Shown here piece after piece: positions 1 through 12,900 of a DNA stretch of 64,000 nucleotides. A program made the translations under genes and the position numbers. The stretch is from positions 166,038,001 through 166,102,000 of the forward strand of contig NC_058368.1 in assembly GCF_018350175.1 (NCBI RefSeq), read 5' to 3'. How positions within the stretch are numbered: position 1 is the first letter of the stretch; each line of letters opens with the position of its first letter. The notes beneath the pieces are model-generated. The model made no database searches. It saw only the letters and a program-made list of their open reading frames with translations, and was not told where the DNA came from. The stretch is from Felis catus (lineage: Eukaryota).

Positions 1-682
1 AATGCAGCATTTAAGCAGAAAAGATAGGTCAGGAAATTCAAAGTGATGACTGTGTACTATTGTTCATGCAAAACTATATTCCAAGTGACCAGGTCACCAT
101 AGAAACTAGATATATATGTATACATAATACATATTTTCTTGACTTTATGCATTGAAACTACCAAATTATATTAGGTTTGTTTATATGCATTCTTATTTTT
201 ATTATAAGCATGGATCAAACTGTATTCAAAGGGAGTTTAGAATACATGAGGCATACTTAGATAACCAAATGGGAGGAAAACACAGTCTGTGTCATTTCGG
301 CGGTCACTGAAGTTTTTTCAAAGTCTTATTTGTTTTTATTTAAATTAACACTCCCTGTATATTCCATTAGGTTGGCAATATATTCAGCACAAATTTCTTA
401 GGCTTTAAAATATGTAGGGTATTATAATATCACTTTTAAAATATATGGACCAAATTATATCTTAATAAAATATGCCTTTAGAAATTATAGTAAATATGTA
501 CTTTTTTTCCAATCTTTTTTTTTTACTTTGTGCTTTTTGAGGGGTATTCATTTAACTCAATGAATTTATGCACATTATAATAATTGATTAAAATATTCAT
601 TCCTTAAATAGTCTTACATCCAAATAAGATAACACATATCAAAGTAATGGTGTGTGTATAAGAAGAAAACAGTGTTTTATTA

Positions 683-854
683 TTTTTTTTTATTTTAGAC
701 AGAGGACACAAGCAGGAGGGACAGAGGGAGACAAAGAATCTCCAGCGGGTTCCATACTGAGCATGGCTCCACATGAGGCCCTAGCCCACAACCCTTGGAT
801 CATGACCTGAGCTGCAATCAAGAGTTGGATGCTCAACTGAGACACTCGGGCACC
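683..854 (-). mobile_element. CanSINE (tRNA-derived carnivore SINE), diverged
   Basis: Reverse-strand head ending ...ctcgggcacc and T-rich tail; 14-bp TSD ACAGTGTTTTATTA at 669-682 and 855-868. Confidence 0.9.
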
Positions 855-968
855 ACAGTGTTTTATTAGTTTAAAATAGCTGTTTCTCTACAGAGAAAGC
901 TATAAAATCGGCAATATTTGAGACACTCTCTATTCTTACATCTTTCTCTGAACCCTAGTTCCTCTACT

Positions 969-1155
969 AATATTTATTTATTTTGAGAAAGAAAAGGAGA
1001 GAGCTGGGGAGGGGCACAGGGAGGGAGACAGAGAATCCCAAGCAGTCTCCATGCTGTCAATGCAGAGCCCGACATGATGCTCGATCCCACCAAATGTGAG
1101 ATCATGACGTGAGCCGAAATCAAGAGTCTTAACCAACTGAGCCACTCAGATGCCT
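969..1155 (-). mobile_element. CanSINE
   Basis: tttatttattttgagaaag...gagatcatgacgtgagccgaaatcaagagt...aaccaactgagccactcagatgcc matches the antisense CanSINE. Confidence 0.9.
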
Positions 1156-1556
1156 TTCCAGCTTTTCTTCATAAAGCTGTCGCATCCTGTCTCTTTATAT
1201 ATTAAGCATTTTTGCCACCTATTTTGTACCCAGAATTATGCTTGGTGGTTTGAATAGAATGTGTATTATAGGTGTTCTAAGTGTTCTAGGTGTTCTAGAC
1301 ACATCTGTACACATAATGAAAAATGTTAAAATGGCAGCATGTGTAAAGGGTTGTAGAACCACATGGGAAGAGGCAAGTAGTTCTTCCTGGAAAATCCTTG
1401 AACTCTTCATAATGTAAGTTGGTTTTGATAAAATATTTGATAGATGAAGTAGGAGAGCTTCAAGTTAAGAAAATAACTGGTTCAAACGCAAAAAAGTATG
1501 AAAGATTAGCATGAGTCAACTAGAAACAATGCTGGAATCATAAATTATTTGCTATC

Positions 1557-1653
1557 TGGTGCCTGGCTGGCTCAGTTGGTAGGGCATGAGCCCCACATTG
1601 GGTATAGAGATTGCTCAAAAATAAAATCTTTAAAAAAATAAAAATAAGTAAAA
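1557..1653 (+). mobile_element. Short-type CanSINE with internal deletion removing the B-box region
   Basis: gtgcctggctggctcagttggtagggcat joined directly to gagccccacattgggtatagagattgctc, then A tail; diverged TSD ataaattatttgctat (1540-1555) / ataaatcatttggtat (1654-1669). Confidence 0.8.
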
Positions 1654-2876
1654 ATAAATCATTTGGTATGAATGTGTTAATAATGGAGATATGAGGATGA
1701 AATTACAGGCATCATAGCAGCACTTTATCAGCTGAAGGGAAGGGAGGTTAAGGACAAGAAATTAAATAGGATCTCTAGGTGCAAAGGAAAGAATCAAGTT
1801 GTCTACTTGAACTGAATATCTATAGAAATGTATCAATCATAAAAAAGAGGGTTTTTTTCAAATTCTTGAAGGGAATACTTGAAGGGAAAAACACTCTTTC
1901 CAGATATTTTAATGCTTCTAATTCAGTTGATAATTTAAAAAATGTATATGATACACACAGTGAGGAAGGGCAGTGACATCTTCCAATAAAATACACTTCG
2001 TTGGCCAGGAACCAGAAATAATGTTTCTGGCTGTCCAGTACTACTGCCCCTTGCTGTCTATCTTCTCCTAGCTATTGTTTGTGAAAACTTTAACAGCCTA
2101 TAATCCCTAGTTTTCACATTTCACTTTGGTGAGATGAACAGTCAAAAAATGGCCCTTTTTCAGAAACTTCCAAAGCCAGGTCCAGGTTTTTCAAACCCCT
2201 TTGTCCCAGCAAGAATAATTTTCAAACACAAAAGATAACTGGATGAATAGACAGTAATAGTTTTAGTTGACATACTATTAAGTATATACTAAGAAGAAAC
2301 TTGGATTTCATCTTTTTATCTTTAGCCCATCTGGTTCAAAACTAGGAAGTAGGCTGCATTACCATATATGGCATACAATATTTTTCTTCTGTGTAGAATT
2401 TCCAGGAAAGTCTCTGTAGAAAACAGACCCTAGTTGTGAGGTCTTCAAATTCAAGCATCGTTATGGAAATCTTCCAACTCCGAAAGGAAGAAGGTAAAGT
2501 CTCAGTAACTTAAGTATATTTATTTTATGGTTAGAAGTTCAACTCTCCCAAATTTTCATCCAGGATCATATTGTGTATTTTAGTGCAAACAGAATGTTCA
2601 TCAAAACATGACATTTCCTTTAGTCAGTCATGAGTTCTGCTTCAACTAAAGAACAAAAAAATGGCAATTTTGGTGCACAGCCTACGTACAAAAGTAGAAT
2701 TTCAAACATTTGCAAGGTAATTAGTTATACCTATATTTTTACAGCTGCAAGATACTGAAAATGTATAGGAACATTTGATACATTAGAGCATTTATCTCCC
2801 TCAAACATACACTTTCCATCCCCGCCCATCCTGTTTCTGTATCCCTCTCTCTCTGTATCTCTCCCTCCCTGCTTTG

Positions 2877-2880
<4 letters not shown>

Positions 2881-2918
<38 letters not shown>
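2881..2918. repeat. (CA)n microsatellite
   Basis: Perfect CA run. Confidence 0.98.
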
Positions 2919-2922
<4 letters not shown>

Positions 2923-3654
2923 AATAACTATGGGAAAAACCTTGACTAATCCAACATTGCCAGTGGTATAAAAACTGAAACTTACATAAAAACAGAAGGC
3001 ACTGAGAGCATTGTTCTTATACTAACATAGAACTTTATTTCAAAATAAGTGTTTGACATCATGTCACTAGTGAGAAGCAGAGCAGGAACTTTAGCACAGT
3101 CCTGACAGGAAAATCCTATTTATCTTTCTTTTCTTATTTTCAATCACTTTGCACTCTGTAATTCTTAGAAATTATTTTTATAGAGCATTACCACCTTTTA
3201 ACAACATTTGGTGCATAAACTTTAATTCTTCATTAGAAAAGCAGAGAGTGGCAGAGAGTACAATGAAGTAAACTTGTGAACATTTAATTATTTGTACTTA
3301 TTCAAGGACTATAACAAAGATACCTAAATACCTGTATGTTTATATCTATGCCTATACTTATGTATGTGTATATATGTGTGTATATATATATATGAATATC
3401 TAAATATACATCCATATTTATCTAGATAGTCTCAAAGCATAAGTCAATTTTTAACCTAACTCTGCAAACAATGAATAGTTGGCTATGTTAGACTTACTAA
3501 AAAATCATGTAGTTAATGCAAAACTATATGTAATGAATTTCCTGAGCAATAAAAATGTTTTTTGAGGAGAGTTGTACATACATTTTCTTTGTGACTTCTG
3601 GGCTTATAGAGAACCCGACTTGCTAGCAATAAGTCAAGATACTACTAAAAGAAA

Positions 3655-3820
3655 AGATAGGGCTGGGAATCAAACACAACTGGTTCAAATCCCGTCTATT
3701 CTCTTATTAAGTATGGAATACAGGCAAAGTAGTTGCATTTCATATATTCAAAAGTGTAGATGAGTTAAAAAATGCTTTCTCACAGAATTTTAAAGCTAAG
3801 TAAATTATACAAGACAGGTG
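3655..3820 (+). mobile_element. MIR relic
   Basis: ggctgggaatcaaacacaactggttcaaatccc...caggcaaagtag...aaaagtgtagatgag resembles MIR head and core. Confidence 0.55.
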
Positions 3821-4569
3821 CATTAACCAACTAATGCATTAACCAACTAAGCTATGGAGTTTGCCATAGTAAATTATAAAGAATTATAAATTATCAAACA
3901 TAGTATCAAGCATAGAACTTCACATACTGTAACAGCATAGCATATAGGCAAAATGTTTTATTTTCATAAGATTCTCTAAAAAGGATTATTTAAAAAATTA
4001 AATGGCTTGTTTGTCTAATTATATGGCCTCATACAATGACTTATCTAATCTCTTGAATATATAATCTCCATATACAAAAACTTGGTAAAAATGTTTACCA
4101 TTTGGTAAAAATGTAAGCAGAATATAAATCTTCAATGAATTAATAAAGGACCATAAATGGTTAAAATATGCTTTAATTTGTCTGGGAGAATTAACTATGG
4201 CATTTTGTACTGAAGTCTTAGCAAATGCTTTAGATATATCTGTTAATTCACTTAGGTAAAGCTTTTAGGGAAGCTCTTTAAGCACAGATACATACACGTA
4301 CTTATACTTTTTAAAAGAATCCCTTATTATATTAATGTTTCTCTAATGAAATGTGGAAAGTTTCTATGTAAGTCTTTTCTGAGATACCAGCTTACATTAG
4401 CATGTATTACTATGGTTCTCCAATTTAGAACAAACCAGGAAATTGATCTGTTGACACTAAATTATCATTTAATAAATTAATTAATGAATAAAAAAGCTCA
4501 GATTACCATTAATATAGGAAAGGTAGACCACTTTCCTACATAAGTTCTTTATTGCCTTCCCTTTAAATG

Positions 4570-5612
4570 TTACTTTCCCACAGAGTTCTGTCCCTCAGAC
4601 TTAGCATTTTTAAACTGATATTTTCTTCACTTTCATGACTTCATGAATTCGTACTTGTGAATGACTTCCAAATATGTATCTCTAGCACAGATCTTTCCTT
4701 TGCACTTCAAACCTATACATTCAACTACCTACCAGGCATAAGTAACTGGTGTCCCTTGAGTATACCAAAACCACAGTGTCTACAACTGAAAGCATTAAGT
4801 TTTCCTCCAAAAATCAGTACTCTTTAATAACATCACCATCAATGTTGTCACACAATCATGAAACCCAGAATTTGTCTTCAGATCTTTTATTCCTCTCAGT
4901 CTGTATATAAATTGGTAAGGAAGTCCTATTTCTTTCACCTTATTAATAACTTTTATACCTATATCTATCTGTTCCATCTTCACTGATGCTGCCTATTATA
5001 TGATACTAATTATAGTCTCTTAACTAGTCTAGGTGTTCAATCTTCCAAAAGTTGGCAGAGAAATCTTCCTAAAACCAATAACAACAACAACAATGAAAAT
5101 GTGATCCTGATTATCTCCCAACTTCAAACTATTCATTCAGTTGCTTCCTCTTGTCTACTGTGAAAAATACTGAGTATACTATGAAAAATACTATAATCTG
5201 GTCACTCCCTAACTCTCTAGAGTTTTTGTCTTCACATTCTGATGTGACACACCTGAGAGAGTAGTCAAACAAACTACTTGCTCATCTCAAACCAGCTGTA
5301 TTTTGCAACTATGCCTACAATATAGAATCCTTATGTGAAGATATACTAACAAATGAAGCTGTATAGTGCTTCCAGTTCAATCAGACACCCATTTTTTTGT
5401 GTACCAACTGAACCTCAGAAAATTAAAAACTACTTTACTATACATAATAAAAATATTACATTTGTATATTTTCTGAACTCTCTGTTTTTTATATTACAGT
5501 AAGCTAAGTGAAAGCTAGAATCATACCTTATCTTTCATTGAGTATCCTCAATTCCTATGCTTAGAATACTAGTTGACAGAAAGTGTCTATCAATGTTCAT
5601 GAAATAAATTAA
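4570..5612 (+). mobile_element. LINE-2 3' region relic
   Basis: gacttccaaatatgtatctctagcacagatctttcc, tcacacaatcatgaaacccagaa and terminal tcaatgttcatgaaataaatt resemble the L2 3' end. Confidence 0.7.
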
Positions 5613-6169
5613 TTCCAAACCAATATTTACTAAGCCATTTATCAAATGGATTGGATCAATCTTCTTGATGCTCATCCCAGAAGAAAAATAAATTGAGTTT
5701 GAAATTCATGGACTAAAAGGAATAATAGAGGTTATTATGATGATGATATTGGTGATGATTAAGAAGTGCTCCAAAATGTTCTGAAAGAAGCTAACTTTTG
5801 GGCTGGTGGGATGAAAGAGGGGGGTTAAGTAAATGTAATGTGAAAATTATAATAATAGGCAAGTAATGAATTTTCAAGGATGTGTTGTGTAACTTCTATG
5901 ATATTTGTAAATACGTGACCCAATTGCTGGCAATAGCAAAGTAGGTTAGAGAATTATAATGTCTTTCATTTTATTTTAAGTTGTATTTTGAAATAGAATT
6001 AGTGTAGTCTTAAATTGTTTTTCAGCATTTGTGGTTATACCTCATTTATCTCACATTACTGAGGAAGGATATTGTTCTTTACATAAATAAAATAATTCAG
6101 ATAATTTTAAGTATTATTTACAATATGAACTTATTCTATACCTATAATGGCACCATGAGGCACTTTGCA

Positions 6170-7140
6170 GAAATTCTCCCTAGAGAAGAAAGAAAAGTTG
6201 GTGAAAACCATTAATATAAATATATTAGGCCTCTGAAAATTGTCCTAAGGGCATATTAAGTGCCTATATCAAAGAAAAAAAAAACATTTATTTTAGAAAA
6301 TCTCCTAAAATCCTACAAAAATAGAGGGAGTTTATGCTATTCTCAGCCAGGTCACCTCTCATTGCCAGGTCACCTTGATGAAGGGTACACATGTACAGGG
6401 TGGGTGCAATAAAGAGGACAGAGCAGTCTTTACCCTCCTTACCCCATCAAGAGTTACCATACCTGTGAGCGGCAGGCCACCAACATTTCTCATCCCTTAC
6501 AACACTAAATTGAAGAGGTTAAATGCCTGGTGAGTACATCCAAAAAGGTTAGGAGCTTCCTTCCTCTACCAAGTCCCTAGACATGGAACAGAGGTTCTAC
6601 ATCAGGCATGACCAGCCAAAAGCACAGCTTGCTTAATGAGCAGACATTCCATGTTGGGAGATAGGGGAACACAGGCTACAATCACATTCAGCACATAGAG
6701 TAGTAGCCCAGAAGGACAGGAAATCCACAAAAATTAAGAGCTCCAAAGCACTCCCTGAGGTCTGGCTTTATTTGAAATGGTATATGGGAACATTCACTTA
6801 TAAAGACACTCTTGAAAATAATAACTTAATTAAGAACAATGAGCTAAACCACAGACCATCTAGTTCACCAGAGAGAACAAGTGAAAGAGATAGTTAAAAA
6901 TAGGTCTGCTAGGGTCAGGACAAATTTCAAAGGCTGGCCTTATTTCCTGACTTTAACTGGATCTGACTGCTAAGAAGTGTGTGCACCAGGACATAGCCAA
7001 AACCAGAGGGCAATTAATCAGCAAGTGGGGGAACCTAATATGTGAAGTATGATACTGCATGAAACACAGGTATTAACAGCGACATCAAGGAAGGAGATGG
7101 TCAAAGAGACCAGAGAAAACAGACGTCAGCTTTAACAGGT
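6170..7140 (+). mobile_element. Old L1 (L1MC-type) 5'UTR fragment
   Basis: ctctgaaaattgtcctaagggcatat...acatttattttagaaaatctcctaaaatc and gagctaaaccacagaccatctagttcaccagagagaac resemble L1MC 5' ends. Confidence 0.65.
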
Positions 7141-7425
7141 AGACATCAAATGATATGGGGATTCCCCTTCCCCTTCCAGGCTCGTCAGTGTGATAGTTTG
7201 TTTCTCACCTTTAACTGTGCCCCCAGCTCACTCCCTACCATGGACAGTGATGGTCCCCTTCACTCCCAAACTACATCCCCACTCTTTCTACCTTCTTCCA
7301 TGTGTCCTTTACCTTTGGCTGTGAAGTTTGTTCTGCCAGTGTTTGGGTCTTTTCTGGATTACTTACACTGATGTGAGTGTCATCTACTTGTCTTCCTGAG
7401 AAAAGGGGAACTTAAAGTCCTACTT

Positions 7426-7434
7426 GGCCATCTT
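7426..7434 (-). promoter_or_regulatory. YY1-type motif (AAGATGGCC) at the inverted L1 5' terminus
   Basis: Minus strand reads GGAGGCTGGGAAGATGGCCAAGTAGG, the typical L1 start with a YY1 site. Confidence 0.6.
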
Positions 7435-8896
7435 CCCAGCCTCCTGTTCCTGGAGGGCTCTCCATGTCATCCCTGCCTCTCTCACAGATGCTCTGAGAGG
7501 AGGAAATCACTCTCCCTCCTGCGTGTCCCAGCTTTTTTCAAACTTGTATCTCTGCTTGCTATTTATCCTGCTGTTTTTAAGGGTACAGACTCAGCTTCCT
7601 AATGCCGTCTCGGCTCTCCCAGAGCCTGGCCACTGGTTTTTGAAATTCTAGGCTTATAGTCCTGCTGTCTGCAAGAACTGGGGAAATTTGGCCCTCTTTC
7701 TTTCAAAGCCTCCTGTTCTAAGACCAAAGGAGCTGGAAGGCACCATTTCTCTCCCCCAGTCCCCAGCATCAACACAGGGCCACCTATAGGAACGAGCTTG
7801 GTGCCCACACTAGCTACCTAACTTGTTACAACAAGCCCGACCCCCCGCACTTCAGTGGATCTGCCCTTTCCTGTCACACCTGTCTCAGTCCCAGTGCTGA
7901 GTGAGGATCCCCTCCCCCAAAAGACCAGCACAAACCCTTCTGACACCAAGTCTCTCAACCTGGGGTCTCGGTTCTGACAGCAGCAACAGAAGATCACTTC
8001 AAGAGCAGACCAGTGTACACCTTGTTAAAATGCACCTGACCCAGGTAGGGATCAAGTAGTTCTATGATAGGCAGAAGGTGCCTCTGTAAATGACAGGACT
8101 GAAGGAAAAAGAGGCCATGAAATACCACAACACACATAGGAGACATTCCCTCAAGCATCAAGTACTGTGGAACAGGGGATACTGTACTGCAGGACACCAT
8201 GGGCCTCTTCTTTATACGATCATTATCTTCAAGAACAAAGACATAGCTGACTTTCCTAATAAACGGAAACTGATATAGAGAATTAGACAAAATGAGGAGA
8301 CACAGGAATAAATCCCAGATGAAAGAATAGGGCAAAACTACAACAGGAGACCTAAGAGAAATGGCTATCATTAATATGTCAGATAGAGGATATGAATTAT
8401 CATAAAGGTACTAACTGGATTTGAGAAAGAGTGGAGGACATCAGTGAGTCCCCTAACAAAGATATAAAAGAGAATCAATCAGAGATGAAGAACATGATAA
8501 ATGAAATAAAATATATACTTGATGTAATAAATAGGTTAGAGGAAGCAAAATAATGAATTAATGACCTAAGAGACAGTATATTGTAAAGTAATCAACCTGA
8601 ACAATGGGAGAAAAAAATGTGTGAAATGAGAACAGACTCAGAGAACTCAGTGACTCCATCAAAGTAATAACATTCACATTACAGGGATCCCAGAAGAAGC
8701 ATAGAGAGAAAGGGGAGAAAGAAAATGTATTCAAAGAAATAACAGCTGAAAACTTCCCAAATCTGGGGAAGCAAGTAGATATTCAGATCCAGAAGACAGA
8801 GATTCTCCAAAAATGTCAACCTGGGAAAGCCACACCAAGACACAGTGATTAAAATGGCAAGAAGCAGTGATAAAGAATATATATATATATATATAT

Positions 8897-9124
8897 TTTT
8901 TTTTAATTTTTATTTAAAAAAAATTTTAACGTTTATTTTTGAGAGAGTGAGTGAGCATGAGTCGGGGAGGGGCAGAGAGATTGAGGGTGACACAAAATCC
9001 AAAGCAGGCCCCAGGCTCTGAGCTGTCAGCATAGAGCCCAATTCAGGGCTTGAACCCATAAACCATGAGATCATGAACTCAGTCAAAGTCAGAAGCTTAA
9101 CAGATGGAGCCTCCCAGGCACCCC
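8897..9124 (-). mobile_element. CanSINE inserted in L1 ORF1
   Basis: Antisense SINE ending ...ctcccaggcacccc; L1 ORF1 resumes at aagaaaaaattttaaaagcagc. Confidence 0.92.
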
Positions 9125-9334
9125 AAGAAAAAATTTTAAAAGCAGCAGGAGACGACAGGTACATATGAGGGAAACCACATAAGGCTATCAGCAGATTTTT
9201 TAGCAGATACTTTGCAGGCCAGAAGAGAGTGGCATGATATATTAAAAGGGCTGAAAGGGAAAAATATGCAACTAAAAATACTCTATATAAATCTATTCTC
9301 CAGAATAGAAGGACTGATAAAGAGTCTCTCAGGT

Positions 9335-9540
9335 GGGATTCCTGCATGGCTCAGTTGGTTAAGTGTTCAACTCATGGTTTTAGCTCAGGTCATGATCTCA
9401 TGGTTCATGAGTTTGACTCCACATCAGTCTCCATGCTCACAGTGCAGAGCCTGCTTGGGATTCTCTCTCTCTCTCTTCCTCTCTCTTTGTCCCTCTTTCT
9501 CTCTCTCTCTCAAAATAAATAAATAAACTTAAAAAAAAAA
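9335..9540 (+). mobile_element. CanSINE inserted in L1 ORF1
   Basis: Head, (CT)n tract and A tail; diverged TSD aaagagtctctca / aaagaatttctca. Confidence 0.9.
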
Positions 9541-9996
9541 AGAATTTCTCAAACAAACAAAAATTAAAGGAGTTCATGACCACTAAACCATCCCTAGAAG
9601 AAATACTAAAGGTGGCTCCGAGTAGAAAGGAAAGACCACAAGCCAGGGTATGAAAAGTAGGAAACACAAGGCACTAAAAATAAGTATATCTATAAAAATT
9701 AATCAATAGATTCACAAAATAAAAGGATGTAAAATATGACACCATGTACCTAAAATGTGGGGGAGATGGGTCAAGAATGGGTTCAAATTTACAACCATCA
9801 AATATAGACTGCTATATGCAAAAGATGTTATATACAAACCTAAAGGTAGCCACAAATCAAAAACCAGTAATAGATACGCAAAGAATAAAGGGAAATTAAT
9901 CCAAATATATCTCTAAAGAAAGGCAACAAACCATGAAAGAGATCAAGAAAAGAATCAGAGAAAAAATACACAAACAACCACAAATCAGGTAACAAA

Positions 9997-12900
9997 ATGG
10001 CAATAAATACATGTCTATCAATAAATACTCTGAATGTAAAAGGGATAAAAACTTCATTCAAAATATATAGGATGAGAATGAATAAGAAAATAAGACCTAC
10101 CTATATGCTGCCTACAAGAGACTCATTTCCAACTAAAGATACCTTCAGATTGAAAGTGAAGGGATGGAGAAATATTTGTCATGCAAATGGATGTTCAAAA
10201 AATCTGGGGTAGCAACACTTTTATTGGACAAAGTTAGATTTTAAAACAAAGACTGTAACAAGAGATGAAGAAGGGCACTCTATAATAAAAAGGGAGAAAT
10301 TCCAAAAGGAAGATATAACAATCATAAATATTTATGCACAGAACATGGAACCATCCAAATACATAAAACAGCTGAAAACAAACATAAACATATGAGCACA
10401 GTATTAGTAGGGGACTTTAACACCCCACTGACAAGGGACTGATCATTCCAACAGAAGACAAACAAGGAAACAATGGCTTTGAATGTCACACTAGCCCAGA
10501 TGAACTTAACAGATACATTCAGAACATCCCATCCTAACACAGCAAAATACACATTCGTTTCAGGTACACATGGAACATTCTTCAGATACATTACATTTTA
10601 GGCCACAAAACAAGTCTCAACAAACTTTAAAAACTTCAAAGTTATAAGATGCACCTTTTCTGACTATAATGCCATGAAACTAGAAATGAACCACAAAAAA
10701 AAATCTGGAAAGAGCACTAATACACAGAGGTGAAATAACATGTTACTAAACAATGAATAGGCTAAGCAAGAAAAAAAAAAGAAATCAAAAATTGTATGGA
10801 AACAAATGAAAATGAAAACATAATAATCCAGTATCTTTGGGATACAGCAAAAGCAGTTCTAGGAGGGAAGTTTATAGTAATACAGTCCTACCCCAAAAAG
10901 CAAGAAAAATCTCAATTAACTAACCTTACACATAAAGGAGCTAGTAAAAGAACAACAAACAAAATCTTAAAATAGCAGCTGGAATGAAATAGCAAAGATC
11001 AGAGCAGAAATAAATGATATAGAAACTAAGAATATCAATAGAACAGATCAATGAAATGAGGAGTTGGTCCTTTGAAAATATTGACAAAATTCATCAACAT
11101 CTAGCCAAACTCATGAAAAAGAAAAGAAAGGAAAAGAAAGGAAAAGAACTCAAATAAACAAAATCACAAATGAAAGAGGAGAAATGACAACCAATACCAC
11201 AGGAATACAAACAATTATAAGAAAATATTCTGAATAACTGTATGCCAACAAACTGGATAATTCTAGAAGAAATGGATAAATTCCTAAAAAACATAAACTA
11301 CCAAAACTGAAGAAGGAAGAAATAGAAAATTTGAATAGACCAATTACCAGCAATGAAACTGAACCAGTAATCAAAAAACTCCCAGCCAACAAACGTCAAG
11401 GATCAGATGGCTTCACAGGCAAATTCTACCAAACATTTAAAGAAGAGTTAATACCTATTCTTCTCAAACTATTCCAAAAAATAAAGGAGGAAGAAAAACT
11501 TCCAAATTCATTCCATGAGGCCAGTATTACCTTGATACCAAAACTAGATAAAGACATCACTAAAAAAGACAACTACAGGCCAATATTTCTGATGAACACA
11601 GATGCAAAAATTCTCAACAAATTACTAGCAAACCAAATCCAATGATACATTTAAAAAATCATTCAGTAAAGTAGCAGGATACAATATCAACGTACAAAAA
11701 CCTGTTGCATTTCTATACACTAATAATGATGCAGAGAAAAAGATATTAAGAAAACAATCCCATTTACAAGTAGGCCAAAAAGAATAAAATAGGAATAAAC
11801 ATAACCAAAGAGGTGAAAGACCTATACTCTGAAAACTATAACACAGTGATGAAAGAAACTGAGGACAACACACAAAAAAATAGATTTTCTATGCTCATGG
11901 AAGAGCAAATATTGTTAAAATGTCTATACTACCCAAAGCATCTACACATTTACTGCAATCCCTATCAAAATACCAACAGCATTTTTCACAGAACGAGAAC
12001 CCTAAAATTTGTATAGAACCACAAAAGACCCTGAATAACCAAAGCAATATTGAAAAAGACAAAACTGGAGGTGTCACAATTCCAGACTTCAAGTCACATT
12101 ACAGAGCTATAGTGATCAAAACAGCATGGTACTGACCAGAAATGGGCACATAGATCGATGGAACATAATAGAAAAGCTCCAAATAAACCCATAATTAAAA
12201 GATCAATTAACCGTTGACAAAGCAGGAAAGAACATGCAAAGGGAAAAAGACAGCCTCTTCAACAAATGGTGTTGGGAAGGCTGGACAGCTACATGTAAAA
12301 AAAATGAAACTGGACCACTTTCTTTCACCACACACATAAATAAACTCAAAATACGTTAAAGACCTAAATGTGAGACCTGAAACCATAAAAATTCTAGAAG
12401 AGAACAAAGGCAGTAATTTCTCTGATATTGGCCATAGCAACATTTTTCTAGGTATGTCTCCTGAGGCAAGGGAAATAAAAAATAAAAATAAAAAAAATTT
12501 AAAAAAATGTTGGTACTACATCAAAATAAAAAAGTTTCTGCACAGCAAAGGAAACAATCAACAAAACTAAAAGGCAATCTACTGAATGGGAGAAGATACC
12601 TGCAAATGACATATTTGATAAAGGGTTAGTATCCAAAATATAGAAAGAACTGATCAATTCACCTAAAACTCAAAAGACCAGTTCAAAATGGGTAGAGGAT
12701 ATGAACAGACATTTCTCCAAAGAAGACATCCTGAAAGTCAACAGACACATGAAAAGATGTGTAACATCGTTCATCATCAGGGAAATGCAAATCAAAACTA
12801 CAATGAGATATCCCATCACACCTGTCAGAATGGCAAAAATCCACAACACAAGAAACAGTGAGGGTGTGGGGAAAAAGGCACCCTTATCCACTGTTGGTGG

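Larger units (their letters stand above)
8292..9625 (+). pseudogene. L1 ORF1 remnant (stops, frameshifts, two SINE insertions)
   Basis: ATG AGG AGA CAC AGG AAT start; ORF track fragment QARREWHDILKGLKGKNMQLKILY is the L1 ORF1p C-terminal domain. Confidence 0.9.

Noticed and set aside
1557..1610. tRNA-like sequence
   Set aside because: CanSINE head with the B-box region deleted; no full cloverleaf.
2397..2716. Two plus-strand exon-like segments (2397-2493 and 2624-2716) with open frames
   Set aside because: Splicing them gives an in-frame stop and the peptides are unrecognisable.
3819..3850. 16-bp perfect tandem duplication (similar ones near 15888, 40474, 49592, 54198, 63354)
   Set aside because: Ordinary short tandem duplications; no array or repeat-spacer structure, so not CRISPR-like.
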